Below are positions 40,583 through 54,120 of a stretch of DNA of 64,000 nucleotides, in pieces (position 1 is the first letter of the stretch; each line of letters begins with the position of its first letter). Both the position numbers and the translations under genes were made by a program. The DNA is taken from assembly GCA_964016885.1 (NCBI GenBank), contig OZ024740.1:169384001-169448000 (forward strand), read 5' to 3'. The notes under the pieces are model-generated. The model made no database searches, had not been told where the DNA came from, and saw nothing but the letters and a program-made list of their open reading frames with translations. The DNA is from Eledone cirrhosa (taxonomy: Eukaryota).

Positions 40583-42029
40583 AAACTCGTTCACTCTCTC
40601 TATATCTCTCTCAAATTCTCTCTCTCTATCTCACAAATACTTCTCACCCCCTATTCAAATGCTTTAATATGTTAGATAGAACTATCGGGTCTTGAATTTC
40701 GGCAGCACCATAACGCTATTTCTTAAATGGTGTTTTCAGAAATACAGATAACGATTTTCTTACAATTTACATTTTAGGAAGCAAAACTAACAAGAAATCG
40801 ATGAATACTTGGTTGCATTCATTGCATGAAGATTGTATCATTTCATATGGAAATGAATAAAAGTATTGACGCAGTCAAGTCAATATTATTTCTTCTGTTT
40901 CTTGTATTTCCCTTTTGTTTCTCTCGCTGTATACCGACGGATGCTTGTATATACATGTGTGTAACGTGTTAAGTAATGCTTCATTACCTTCCAGGCTGTC
41001 GGGGAAAATACTGACTACCTTACACACACACTCACACACACAACACTCACACATACAAACACTAACACACACAGAAACACTCATACAGACTAACACACAC
41101 TAATACACACACATACACACACACATATATATATGCACATCATACATATGATCACATACATATACACACATACATATATACAAACATGCATGATGGCTGC
41201 AGACTCTGCGAAGAGTATTACAATCGCTTGTAAGCAATCTGAATAAGCAATGCCTGTGCTTTGAAGGTTTTTTTAAGTGGGGAAAGGACTTGTACTCGAC
41301 TAATGCCACTCTCTGAACATCGAAACGCTACCCGAAAAGGAGAACTTATCAACACCATCGGATGCTTCCGAAGCCGCAGGTTTTCTTTCAGAGTTTCTCT
41401 CTCTTAGAAAGGTTTTATGACAACTGGGGTCTTTCACTCCCAGATGGAAAAAGTACTATTTGGATGGCCGTTGACACTGTTGAGTTCCTCCGCCCTTTGC
41501 CGGGTCTTGTATTTCATCCCGCTGGGTGTCCAAATATCACCCTTCTCACCAACCAAGCTTGGTAGGGTTGCCGGTTTAGACGACGATGGCCAGACCATGA
41601 GACAGGTGGTACTGTGTTACATGATACGCACTTGAGAGCGAACGGACATAGTACATACATGCATACATACATACATGGTGGCTGCCAACTCGTTTTCGAG
41701 TACGGCCACTACTTTATATCCATGTAGGAGAACCCCTACCGATGCGCTGAACGAGTGTCACATTTTAGTCCAGCCAGCGACTTGAAAACTCTGGTACAAA
41801 CACTACACTTGTGACAATTATTGACACATAGTGCTGGGTCCATGGTATCATGTGACGACAAGTGCAGAGAGATCTCCAGATATAAAGCAATGTCTGTGCC
41901 GTGAAGCTTTTATAGTGGGCAAAGACACTGCACAAAGCCAGTCCCACTCTCTTAACCAAGAGGATATTTACCAAAAAGAAGAACAAGTCAACATCATTGG
42001 ATACCATTAGGGCTGCAGGTGTTATATCA

Positions 42030-42338
42030 AAGTGTTCCTTCTCCTAGAATTCTGCCTTGACAAAGGCTAAAGAGTCATCTGTCCCGGTGATTTTGGATGG
42101 CCATTGACTCTTAAGAGCTCCTTTGCCCTTTGACAGGTTTTGTTTTTAGTCCTGCAGGATGTCCAAAGTCATCCTCCTCACCAATAAACCTTGGTGGGGT
42201 TGCCAGTTTTGTCGCCAATGACCCGACCATGGGACATGTTGTACTGGGATACATATTACCTGTAGCACCAACTGGTGACCTGACCATACATACATACATA
42301 CATACATACATACATACATACATACATACATACATACA

Positions 42339-42367
<29 letters not shown>
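42030..42367 (+). mobile_element. Short interspersed repeat ending in (CATA)n; related copy at about 41430-41675
   Basis: Shared GGATG(G)CC.TTGAC..GTCCAAA..TCACCAA..CTTGGT.GGGTTGCC.GTTT..GTACTG blocks in both copies. Confidence 0.55.
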
Positions 42368-42370
<3 letters not shown>

Positions 42371-43364
42371 GGTATAGTTCTTATATATTTTCTCGAACTA
42401 TGTAGCACTTCTCCGCTGAAATGTTTTGCCCATCTTTTTTCATTCTTTTTGTCACTACCATACTGTAATCGTATACTGTAATCGTATTTTCAAAATTTGA
42501 GATGAATAAAACTTATTTCTTTGACTCTTAACAATTAAGCGTGGTTGTTCAATGCATGTCCTACAAAAGATATGGTAAAACATATCCCGGTAAAACATAT
42601 TCAGACAACTGTAACTATCAGATATATTCTTCTATGAGACACATCTCATGTGTTGAAAAAGAGGTAAACATTATCGGGATTGAAAAGATATTTGCATTTA
42701 AAATGGAAAGGCATTTTAATGGTAAACCTCAAGCAGAGTAATTCTGATATATCAAGGATGCTATTCCCATATTCAGAACCAGATTTAGACAATGTGGGCC
42801 CCGGGATGCTACTATCCTAGTGCCCCCTTCCACAAAACCTATAATACACAACAAACACACAAAAGTACATGTCACTTCTGCTCATTGCAATTGGAACTGC
42901 CCTTCCCCCCTCAATAACAGTTATAGATAGTTCACTGAGAGACCTATTGTGATTTAGTTGTCAATAGAATTCTTGTAGCTTAAATATATTTTTATGTTGT
43001 TCCAAAGACTTAAATATGAAACTTCACCAAAATAAAAATACTATTTTTTTCTTCACTTCTACGTTCAACATATATGGATAATTATAAAACTATGATAAAC
43101 ATGAAATAGATTTCTGCCTTCGCTTACTGAACATTTATTACCGCTCAGTCGGGGAGAGGATAAAGAGATGCCATGATACTTTATTTTTTCCGGGCCATTG
43201 ATATAGCTGGAGGAATTTATATGAAAAGTGTGGCCCGAAATTTTGCAGCAGAACGATATCAATTAATTGCACCCAAAGATCAAATGGGAGTATTAAACCG
43301 AATGACAAATTAAGTTTACCACCCAAGAACAAAGAACACAAATAGCTGGAACAAAGACCCAGCT

Positions 43365-43520
43365 CCGACAAGGTACCGATTTTATTATACGAATTTCCCC
43401 AGTACTATATTTTGTTGAACCTGAAAGGGTGAGGAGCACAGTTGATCTCGGTGGGATTTGAACTAAAATTGCAGCGATGGTTAAATACCACAAGACTTTT
43501 GTCATAATCTAATGACTCTA
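43365..43520 (-). mobile_element. tRNA-derived SINE (related copies at about 46365-46480 and 49825-49985)
   Basis: Minus-strand B-box-like GTTCAAATCCC followed by CCGAG(A/G)T(C/T)AAC..T(C/G)C..TCA.CCTT..GGTC.A.AAA shared among copies. Confidence 0.65.
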
Positions 43521-44299
43521 GGATTTCCCCGTCTAATCTCTTAACTTTGTGATACAGAACATATGATTTTCTAATGTTTATTTAAAGCTTTTCTTTCTTT
43601 TGAGTATTTTAAGTGATATTTTTGAAATTTATACGTAAAACAAAATTAAACAACTAAACCGTCATATATTCACTAAACAATACACGTGGAACTTCATTCA
43701 AAGGTGTTAAGTGAAAAAGAGAAATCCCTTAAGGCAGATCTGTTGCTTGAACTAAGGAACTTGATTCACCTAGTTTGGTAGATCACTAACATATGATAAT
43801 TTTAGCATGTTACTAACACAAGAACTTCGGTAGATCACTAACAAATGATAATTTGGGTAGGTCACAAACGTGATAAATTTGGTTTGTCACTAACATATGA
43901 TAATGTTGGTAGGTACATAAGATAATTTTGATAGGTCATTAACGTGAGAATTTTGGTCATTTGATTATCATGGTATCACTTAAAGATAGCAATATTTTCT
44001 CTCTTAACAGTTTTTATGTGAAGAAATATGTATTATGTAAGTTGTATTTAAATACATATATACATACTTGTGTTAATGCAACTCTGTTGATTTCAAAAAC
44101 TTTGATTTTATACAGCGAAACATTTATGGAAACGTTTCCCCAGTTAGTAGATATAACGACCCATATAACTAGCAGAAACACCAAATATTCTTAACACACC
44201 CATGTGTTTTACCCAGCTTTACCAGGTTTCACTGTTACTCATCCATTTAGCTTCTCAAGTCAGGTAACTGATTGGAGATCAATTTTGTGTCTGTTCTCC

Positions 44300-45900
44300 C
44301 TGACAGCAAATAATTGAAATAACCGATTTAAAATTGTTAACAATGTTAGCGAAACATTTATCTAAATATCGAGCTTTACATCCCTCTCAGAACTAAAAGA
44401 TATACCTCCAAAATTCCGAAGTGGTTTGCCAAAACACTGCGTACAATACCATTAAGAAGTAACCCATCACCACCAACTGAGAAGCTTAAACGTTTTATCG
44501 CATTGCCAGGAAGACTATCATCAGAAACACAAAGCGGGTATTTGTGTATCGAACAGTCTATAAGTTCTAAACCATTTAAAATAAAATTAGCGTCTTCTGT
44601 TCTTCATCATGTTTAAATAACTCCTTTACTCACCACTACTCGTTTAAAATTGCTTCATCAGCGTCAGTCTTGCTTCAAAGCAGTACACATTCACTTCCGG
44701 TTTAACATTACTTGCATGTTACAATGCTCAATCACATTCCCATGCCGGTCATATTAATTATCATATATACAATGCATATGCGAGCCAGAGAAGAATGCGT
44801 TTATGTAGTCGCACAAGCAGCTAGAAGTAATAGTTACATCTCCTTCAAATCCCCCTCTCCTGTCTTAAAAGCTAGAAAATGTAGTCCTATATTAAAATAT
44901 TGAATACTTTTAATCATAGCGTGTTCCAGGTCCTCATTCTATTTACGCCAAGCTCTTCAATCACCGTTTCTTCCGGCTGTCTATCTTAAAATTTAGAACC
45001 ACGATAAAGTGTGTCACATCTCTGGAAAAGTCAATGGTATCTACATTCCCAGTAATTACTAGTGCAGTTTCTCTAGGGTCACATTAACAATTTTTCTAAG
45101 TCACACATAAGATTTCTGATCTCCCATGTTTCACAACGTAAAAGTTTTAAACTCATTGTTTTTTATTTGATAAACTGTCTCTAGCGTAAAACATTGATAC
45201 AGAGTTTTTGCAACCAGGGAATGATGAATACACTTTACATTCTTGCAACTTGTTTTTTTAATTACATTTTCCCCTATAATATTTACTGGCTTTTAACAAC
45301 TCGGACCGGGTTACATCTTCCCCAGCGGCATTGCCACATTTGAACTCTTTCAGCGTTCTTGTGACCTCAATGCCCGTGAGATTAGTCACCGCTCCCAGAT
45401 GTACCTCATCTACACCAGGAGATGCAGTTGTGATCTGGTTTAGGTGATCTGCAAACTATTTTCTTCACCTCGCGAGGATGCACCTCTCTGAAGAGAGAAT
45501 CATAGACGCGTTCCTGATGTGGAGGAGGACTTCCTATTACGAAATCGGCGGATGGTCTACCAGAACACTTTATTTGCTGATCTGAAGTCGAATTCCATCT
45601 TCAACCCAAAGCCCTTCTGTGTTTTAACTTTGGACATCTCTACTGTCTATACTGCGATTCTTCATGCCTGCTTGTACTGAAAGTGCAAGAAGGGGGACTT
45701 ATTTCCAAGACAAGCTTTGTAAGCCTCTTCCTTTGCTCGGATGGCATCTTTGACCTCTTGACTGAATCAAGGAGTCCTCCTGCCATCTGGCGCCAAACCA
45801 AGAATCTTTCGCCCTCAGCATTTAATAGCAGAAACTGCTGAGCTGAACAGGCTCCACTCTATCTCAACGTCCTCAGTTTGCACAGGGAGTTCTCTCTGCA
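44300..45900 (-). pseudogene. Highly degenerate RTE-like LINE RT fragment
   Basis: TLKEFKCGNAAGEDVTRSELLK and FADHLN remnants; many stops. Confidence 0.5.
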
Positions 45901-47051
45901 TTTGGATGGACCATAACGCACCAGAGTACTCGATACTTAGGTAGTAGAGTGGGTAATAGGAAAAGAGTTCGGATCTAGCTGTCAAAACGGCCGGAGCTCA
46001 GCCGTCGGCGTCCTGACTCTTTTCCTATATATATATATAAACACCAGCTTAACGCGAAATTCCTTCAAATTCCTACTTATTTAGAAAATTATTTAAAAAT
46101 CATAGACTGTGATTTTAAGCCTATGATTACGGTAACAAAACGATTAAATAATTAAAATTTTATTCGTTCCAAATTTGTTGATAAAATTTGTACCAGCAAT
46201 TATATTTACTTTAATCTAAGTGACTAAAAAGAAATTACAGCCATCACTCGCAGTCATTGATGACTTGATAACCTGTACCAAAATCTTACTCATGGTTTTA
46301 GATGCCCCACCATTGATCGAGTGAAGTATTCGGGATGTGACAGCTGGCGGCATGAGGAGATAAGGCTTTTTTTTTATCAATCGAAAGGATGAGAAACAAA
46401 GTATATGTCAGCGGGAAGCGGGAATTGAACACAGGGCGCAGGGATCTGGAACCAGCATAACAACGCATTCTGTCTGATGTTAAATCGATTGCTTTACAGA
46501 CAAATGATGCGTATTAAATGGCCTCATACATTTTTACGCATTATATATGTTATATTTCATTATATATTTCAATACTCTGTATTTGAAATTAAAAGAAAGT
46601 CGAAGCTTGCAAATTTGATTCTACGTCAACTCACATACAGAAAAACTAAGGAAGAAACAAAACAAAACATGAATATGGACAAGAAAAAACAAATCAAAGA
46701 AATATATTGTTTAAATATATGTCCAGTTGAGAAATGAAGCATGAAGATATTGTGTTAGGAGACAGTTTAAAATATACATACATACACGCAAACATATATA
46801 TTTATGTTTATATGTTCACACAAAACACATACACTAAGATTAGCTCACTTCATTTGTTTTATAAATTGTATTCCACTTGGATGCAACCGGATGGAAATTA
46901 TGGCTGTAATTCATAAGTAGATGCTCATTTGAAGGATATAATGTATCGGGATAATCGATATGTTCGGTGAGGAAGTGTGTTTGCTGTAGAAACGTATTAT
47001 TCAATGTAATACATTTATTGATACGTTTCATAAACTGAACCACAGAAAGTA

Positions 47052-47201
47052 CCTCTATACTATCTATAGGAAATAACAATGAATTCACCTGCAACTTACA
47101 TCATGCTGGCTTAAAACAGAGTCAGATAATGTACAGCCAGGACATTGTTGCTGGGGATATGAAGGTGAATTCATTGTTATTCTCTATAGATAGTATAGAG
47201 G
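47052..47201. repeat. MITE-like inverted repeat (~39-bp arms)
   Basis: CCTCTATACTATCTATAGGAAATAACAATGAATTCACCT against AGGTGAATTCATTGTTATTCTCTATAGATAGTATAGAGG. Confidence 0.65.
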
Positions 47202-47479
47202 GAATGCTTTTAATCACAAGTTTTCTTGATTAGGGATCTCATGAAACAGTAGAACAACAAAACCATTGTGTAGATAAAACGAATGCTTAGACACGGAATT
47301 AGATCAAAAGAGACAAATAGATATGCAGTGAAAGAGAGAGAAGGGGGGGGGGAGATAAGCATTCCACGTTGAACTTTCGAAATGTCTTGCATATTTTTAC
47401 TGTTCGCTTATAGATTGTATTTGTAAAGCGCCTGTTAACTGGTTACGTCTAACCTTTCTAGATTGTTACTTAATTATTT

Positions 47480-47900
47480 CCTTTATGAGTCTTGAAGAAG
47501 CTTTCCTATCAGTCAGGCAGGTGACCTCAATGACAGTACATAATGTTTCTTTTCTGTCCCCAAAACTATATCAGGCCATTTACGTTTGTGGTAAATGGAA
47601 GTTTTCATGGGAATGTGCCCCTGATATTCTTTGTGGTGATATGAATGCACGTATTCAATAACAGGGCCCTTTCTCTATTTATCCTAGGATAGTCATCCCT
47701 ATGTATGGCAATGTATATCGTTTTAGCAACAACATTATGCCCTATTGAGAGATAGTAGCTTGGTGATGTTGTGGGACAGCTGTTAATCACATGTATATCT
47801 TTCACAGAACTGGGACATAATCGACATTTTCGGTTGAATCTGGGGGATCTAGGGCCTTCACGTTTCATTAACAATTTCTATAAGCAATTATGAAGATATA
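47480..47900 (-). pseudogene. Degenerate RLE-element C-terminal fragment related to 29957-33032
   Basis: KCRLCPSSVKDIHVINSC..SYYLSIGHNVVAK. Confidence 0.7.
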
Positions 47901-48939
47901 CCCTACTCTTGCATTGTAAAATAATAGCCTTCGAAATGTGATGTGATGGGATGTAACGGTCACGGGTCTCACAGGCGCTACATTCCCTGTCAATGCTAGT
48001 GCCATTCTCAAATTTACGGAAAGCATATTCATGCATAACCTTCTCTTTTCATGCTGAGTATTTCTCTCCTGTGTTTTGTATTGAAGTATGCTGGTGAAGC
48101 AGTTCAATTGAATGAGAGGTCATCAGGAAGCGATTACTTTTCGAGAAGTTCACTACCTAGTTGTCAGGTGTTGTTATCTTCACTTTTGAGCACAATCTTG
48201 ATGAATTATTATTGCTGCCTTTCTTAGATAATATCTAAACGATTTCCTTACGTTATCGAAGACTGTAGCTCTTTCACTCTCCCTTTCTTCTTAGATCGAA
48301 TCTGACGTTGGCTCTCCTTCTCTCTCTTCCCGTTTCTCTCTCCCCCCTCTCTCTCTCTTTCTCTATCCATCTGCTCGTTTTCGATCGTTTACGACATGCT
48401 TCACACATGTAAAACTCCTCTCGTTTCGATCGTTTACGACACGTACACATGTAAAACTATTTTAGAGGATCTCCCTTTCCCTTCTGCCTCTCACTTCCGG
48501 TTCCCCCCTCTCTCTCCCTCTCTCTCTACCCTCACTTTTGTTCAGATCGCGCGGAACTACCTCGCTCCCAGTTATTGCACCATCAGATTTAAGTTTAATC
48601 GGTTCGTTGTAACTTATTCCATTCTATTTTTTCCTCGGTTACTCACTTGCATGTTCTATTGTCCTGTGTTCCCCCTCCATTCGGTCTGTTTACTTCATTT
48701 TTTTCTCTTTCTTCCTCTCTCCTCACTACTTTTCCTTTTTATTCTTTTCTTTCCCTCGTGGCCTTTTTATCAATACAATGCCTTGGGCGCGCCGCTGATC
48801 GCTTTTGATGTCCTGTTTTAAGCGCCGAAACATCTATGATCTACGGTTAACAGCTGGTGAAGGGTTTCTTCTCTTGTTTCGTACATATTATCATCTTAAA
48901 CTTTGTTTACAGTAACAACACTGCTCGCTTCGTTTCTTG

Positions 48940-49004
<65 letters not shown>

Positions 49005-49703
49005 ACAGGGAGAAAAAGATGATTATTAGGAAGAAAAATATATTTTTTTTCCTTTTTATTTTTCTCTCTCTTTTTTTTCTGGGTTAGAAAATGATTAAAA
49101 CGAAATATTTTACTTTGTGTGAGGTATTAACGTATTAGTTGATTTATTAATTAATTAACAATGGCATTTATTTATTTATTTATTTATATATTTAATAATT
49201 GTCTATTACCGGTTTCAGCATTTTTATGCATTATCGAAGGATAATAATATGTATTGGTGTAGAATAGTGGTGTTGGACATGTTAAAGAAATGGTGCAGAA
49301 AGAATAATGTTATTTACAAACAAGGTTTATGAAGTGAAAAGAAAAAAGAAAAAAAGGGTCGTAATGTGGAGCATAATAAGGCAATGTGAAAGAAAAAAAA
49401 ATATATACACAGTTCAAGAGTAAACCAATCTTAAAGGGAGAGATGGATATAGGCGAGGAGAAGAGAGATTGGTGAATTTGTTAGAAGCCAAAAGCGTAAA
49501 GGCATGTGCCCAATGTGCAATAAGCAGTGGAAGGCAGCTAGATAGCTGGGTTCATGCAGAGATTAGATGCACAGAGCTGGAAATATTCATTAGTTAAGCA
49601 AAGACAAGACCACAAATTTCACAAGGAAGACGTTATTTAAAGAAAGTCAACATAGTTTCAGTATATGTGAGGAATAAGGAGTGTAAAATATAATTTAATC
49701 TAA

Positions 49704-49755
<52 letters not shown>

Positions 49756-49984
49756 GGAGTGTGATTATAATAATAAGGAGTGTAATTATAGTTTAATGTA
49801 AGGAATGTTAATAATGATAATAATTGTTTCTACTTTTGGCATAAGGCCAGCAATTATCCCAGTGTATTACTGGTACTTTATTTATCGACCCCATAAGGAT
49901 GAATGGCAAAGTTAACCTCGGCTGGTTTTGAACTCAGACTATAAAGGGCCGTAACTCTTTGCTGCAAAGCATGGTGTCCGACAT

Positions 49985-52900
49985 GTCCGTTTACAATTGT
50001 TTCGCTACTCCATATAATGTTTCTGGATCAATTCATTATAGATCAGTATTGATCTGGTTCAGATGAAGATAAGTGACTTAGGTAAAAATTGGAGCGGCTC
50101 TTCAGAACTTCAAAGGATAATGAAAATATTTATAAATATACTATGGATAAGAAATATAAAGTAAAGTAAAGAAAGAAGATTACATGAATGTAATGTTCCA
50201 TATATTGGTATTTCACGACGGTGTTTTGGATCTATTTAATTTCTGTTATAGGCAAGCATTATTCATCTGTCGAGGCTGTATTAAGCGATGTCTGCCTATG
50301 CATAACAAGATGGCCGCCTGAGTATATTTACCTTACTAATTAAAGACAGGTTTCAAGGGAATTAACTCCTTGAGAATTTAGAAATTTAGGTGATTTATAG
50401 CTAAGAAGTGCTAATGAGTTTAAGTGAGAGATAGTGTAGGGGATGTAACTTATAATTATCCAAGTCTTTGTTAAATATTTAACATGTTAGCTATATGTAA
50501 AGTTGAGATTATATGATTATGTTGGGTCAAATATTCTATTGGCAAAGGAATTTGCCCTTTGATGTTGACAGCTAATAGTTATCTCATTTCTATATTTTAT
50601 AGGTTGTGGTCGTTATAGAGTTATGTAATATGCTTCGGTAACACAGAGATCACAACAGTTTCTTCGTCCATTGAACGCTTGGGCTCTAGCTAAGATATCC
50701 CATGTTAGTGAGTGTTCAGTGTTGGTTAATTTAAGGTTTTTAATGAGCCTAGCTAGAGATGTTGAACATCTATTGCTAGGGTCACAGAAGGAAAATGTGT
50801 GCGGATTATAGCGTACCTTAAAAGGGTTAGAGGTAGAGCCAATATAGAAGCTAGTATGTGATGCTGTTTTAACAGTGCACCTATATACTATATTGGGTGT
50901 AAGACATTGTCCGTTTAGTGGGCTTGCGTTAGGGTAGCAACAATTGCAATTACTGCTGCTGTTAGTAAGGGTAGAGTTGTTTAAACTATGCGGCTGGTGT
51001 GTGCTAGAAGGATTAGATGGGGGAGGTATGCTACTAGTGTAAGTATATGTGTAGAGGCGTGGTGTATTTGAGGGGGGTAGTGGTACCGCGGTGTGGGAGT
51101 TATACTGTCTTAGTTTATGATGGTTACTGAATGCGATGTGGCTAGCTAGGTTAGGTGTTGTGGAGAATGAGATTTTAATGTTGTTTTTATTAAAGAGTTT
51201 GTAGTATCTATGGTTAGGGGGGAATGTTTAGATAGGATATAGAAGAAGCGTTTAGGGATATTAGTGGCTAAATTAGATGAGAAAGGGGGGTTAAGCCAGG
51301 TGATATTTCTAGGCCTATTTCTTCTAAGGGTACAAGTAGAGTTGGCAAGGGTTCATAGGGTTATTATTACCTGGGCGTTTATTATTTGTCATCCCATTGC
51401 TCGTTCCTATTCTAGGGTTGATTCTGAATCTGCTACTAGGAGTGGGAAGTAAGCCTCTGCCACCATTACCGTTCCCTGTATAGGTGCTGTTATTGCTAAA
51501 ATAGCAGCGTATCTGGCTACATGATATTGTATTTCTAGTTCTAACGTTAACATTATTATGGTTGTGGTGAAGTTCTGTGTTATGGCATTTAGGTATGTAG
51601 TAAATGGACTGTTCATAATCAGATTCACAAAAGGCCTTATAATATGGCACATGGTTCATAAATATGTCCTCATTAGCGGATAGCATGGAGATCCTATAAG
51701 AGATAGATTTAATGACTGCTCTAATAACTGCCAGTGGGTGGTTAGATGCGGGTTAATATATGTAAGTATTTCACCTTGTTTATGATAAGGGTAATATAAG
51801 TTATTGTTAAGATCTAGGGTAACGTCCAGGAAATTTACTACCTTATGGTTTGGTTCGATGGTGATAGAGAGACCGTTATTTTAAAAAGAATTTATGTAAT
51901 TGTTTTTTGAGCAAGGCGATGCCTCGATTAGTGCAATTGTGGACTGCAAATAGGGCGTCGTCCCTATATATTCCGCCTTGCAGGGGTTGGATTTCAGCTT
52001 TGATGTTATGTAATAGGTAGATTACAACTAAATCGGTGATTTGAGCAGAGTCGCTTGAGCCCATAGTGATGTAGAAGTTGTCTGTCTTGTCCTTTCTGGT
52101 CCAGAATGAGCCATTGAATTCAATGATGGTCTGCCTAGCCATAAGTATGATGTCAATCTCGTTATTAGTTATGTCAGAGTTGGTGCTGGCTAGGGTTAAT
52201 GCTTTGTTAAGCAATGCCGGGGTTATTGAAGCGTAGTAGCTGTCAATGTCGAATTGGAGGAACCCCATCGATTCCTTGGACCTTAGATCTGAGAACCATC
52301 TGATTACTTGGCCCGTGTTAGACCACAGCTTGTAGGCAATACCATCTCGCAGCCGGGGATGATCCTATCGAGAATGTTCTTGCTGATACAACCCAAGTCA
52401 TATATGGTTGGGCTTATAAGCCTGATAGATGGGTTCTCAATAAAGTTTGGCTTGTGATCCTTGAGAGAGAACCTAGGGGTTGTAGGTACATAAGGGTGGG
52501 TGAATCTATCCAGATGCAAGTCCTTAACCAGAGCCTGGGCTTTTCGGTTAAGTAAGTTTACACTGGAGGGTGTAGTTTTTTTAATAGTTTTTATTAAGCT
52601 ACTTAAGAAGGAAAGAGTTGTAAGTTTCAGGAGGAATGATGTATAGATTTTTGGTTTTGTCAGACATAACATGTAAGAGGTGGCTATCCTTAAATTTTTT
52701 TATAGTTGTAGCTAATTTAGTAAGGAAATTATTCTTGTGTCTGTAATTGTTGTTGAATTTAATGCTCCTGACGAGGTTAAATAGATCTTTCTCAAAGGGG
52801 TCCAGCAGGATGTTGTGGGGAGGGTTCTTGCAGGTAGTAAATCCATATCTGTTGGCAGTACTTCCGGCGTCAGCAGCACCCACTCTATCGAAGTGGAAGG

Positions 52901-53061
52901 CTTTCCATCGCACTCTTCGGATGAAAGATTTGACACTCTGTATTAGGAGTTTAAGGTAGGTCTTCCTGTCCGGGATAGGTATGGACTTAAGTGATATCCT
53001 GAGTTCCTGCTTGCTCAACATGGTGACTTCTAACAGTTAATAGTTCAACTACGGAAGCTCC
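49985..53061 (-). mobile_element. Degenerate full-length Naiad-like PLE
   Basis: Frameshifted ORF from ATG 53021 to about 50520: FIRRVRWKA, LKDHKPNF, MGSSDSAQ, GIYRDD, CNC..PLNGQCL, YIGST, CDLCVTE; HHR in the 3' end. Confidence 0.88.
49989..50108 (-). ncRNA. Hammerhead ribozyme with ~80-nt loop II insertion
   Basis: GUU CUGAAGA GCCGCUCC [~80 nt] GGAGUAGC GAAAC AAUU GUA^AAC. Confidence 0.65.
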
Positions 53062-53081
53062 TTATTATTATTATTATTATT

Positions 53082-54014
53082 TGCATTTATCTTGCTTTAT
53101 GTTTATACGAGTTATCACCAAGTCACAACCAGTGACCTCAAGAGACAACAAGGTCCGCCATGTTCAAGAAAGAACACACATATTCACACATGCATCCTTA
53201 GTGTTTAGACTTGTGATGTACTTATATTGACAGGATCTTCCTTAGTATATGGGCAGTTCCCATTAGTACTATCTTTTGTATTTCTCCTATACGCGGGTTT
53301 CCTGGGATTTGCGATAAGTAGTCGTTAGACCCCTTAGGTATCATTCCCAGAGCGCCTACAACCACTGGTATTGTTTTAGTTCTCAATTTCCACATTTTTC
53401 CAATTTCTATCTCCAGGTCCTTATACTTGCTCAATTTTTCAAATGTTTTTATAGATACATTCTTGTCTATTGGAACAGACATATCAATTAGCAGGCATAC
53501 CCTCCTTTGAAAGTCCTTCAATATTATATCAGGTCTATTTGCATCTATTTTTCGGTCTGTTTGGATGCTAAAGTTCCACAAGATTGAGATGTGATCTTTT
53601 TCAAGTATGGGAGGTGGTTGATGCTCCCACCAATTCTTTTGATGGGGCAGGTCAAAATGCTTGCACATTATCCAATGTATGTATTGTGCAGCTCTGTCAT
53701 GCCTGTTTAGGTATTCGGTTGGAGCTATAGGACTGCACATTGAAATTATATGGTCAATGGTCTCTGGTTGTTTTTTGCATACACGGCATAATGGGCTGCA
53801 CCCATTTTTTATTATGTTGGCTTGGTAATTTTTTGTTGGCAGACACTGATCTTGTGCGGATATAATCAGTCCTTCAGTCTCCGATTTCAGTCCAGAGGAT
53901 GCCAACCACTGATGGGTTAAAGTTTTGTCAACATCAGGATTGTTAGCTCGCTCTGGGTATTTTCCATACAGAGGCTTTTCTTGCCATTTCTTAGCCAGTT
54001 TCTGTAGCAGTTCT
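53082..54014 (-). mobile_element. 5'-truncated R4/Dong-like element, family A, copy 1
   Basis: CRVC..HIISMC, RHD, RPDII..IDMSVP..KLSKY RLE domain; (TAA)n flanks. Confidence 0.93.
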
Positions 54015-54038
54015 TTCTTCTTCTTCTTCTTCTTCTTC

Positions 54039-54118
<80 letters not shown>

Positions 54119-54120
<2 letters not shown>

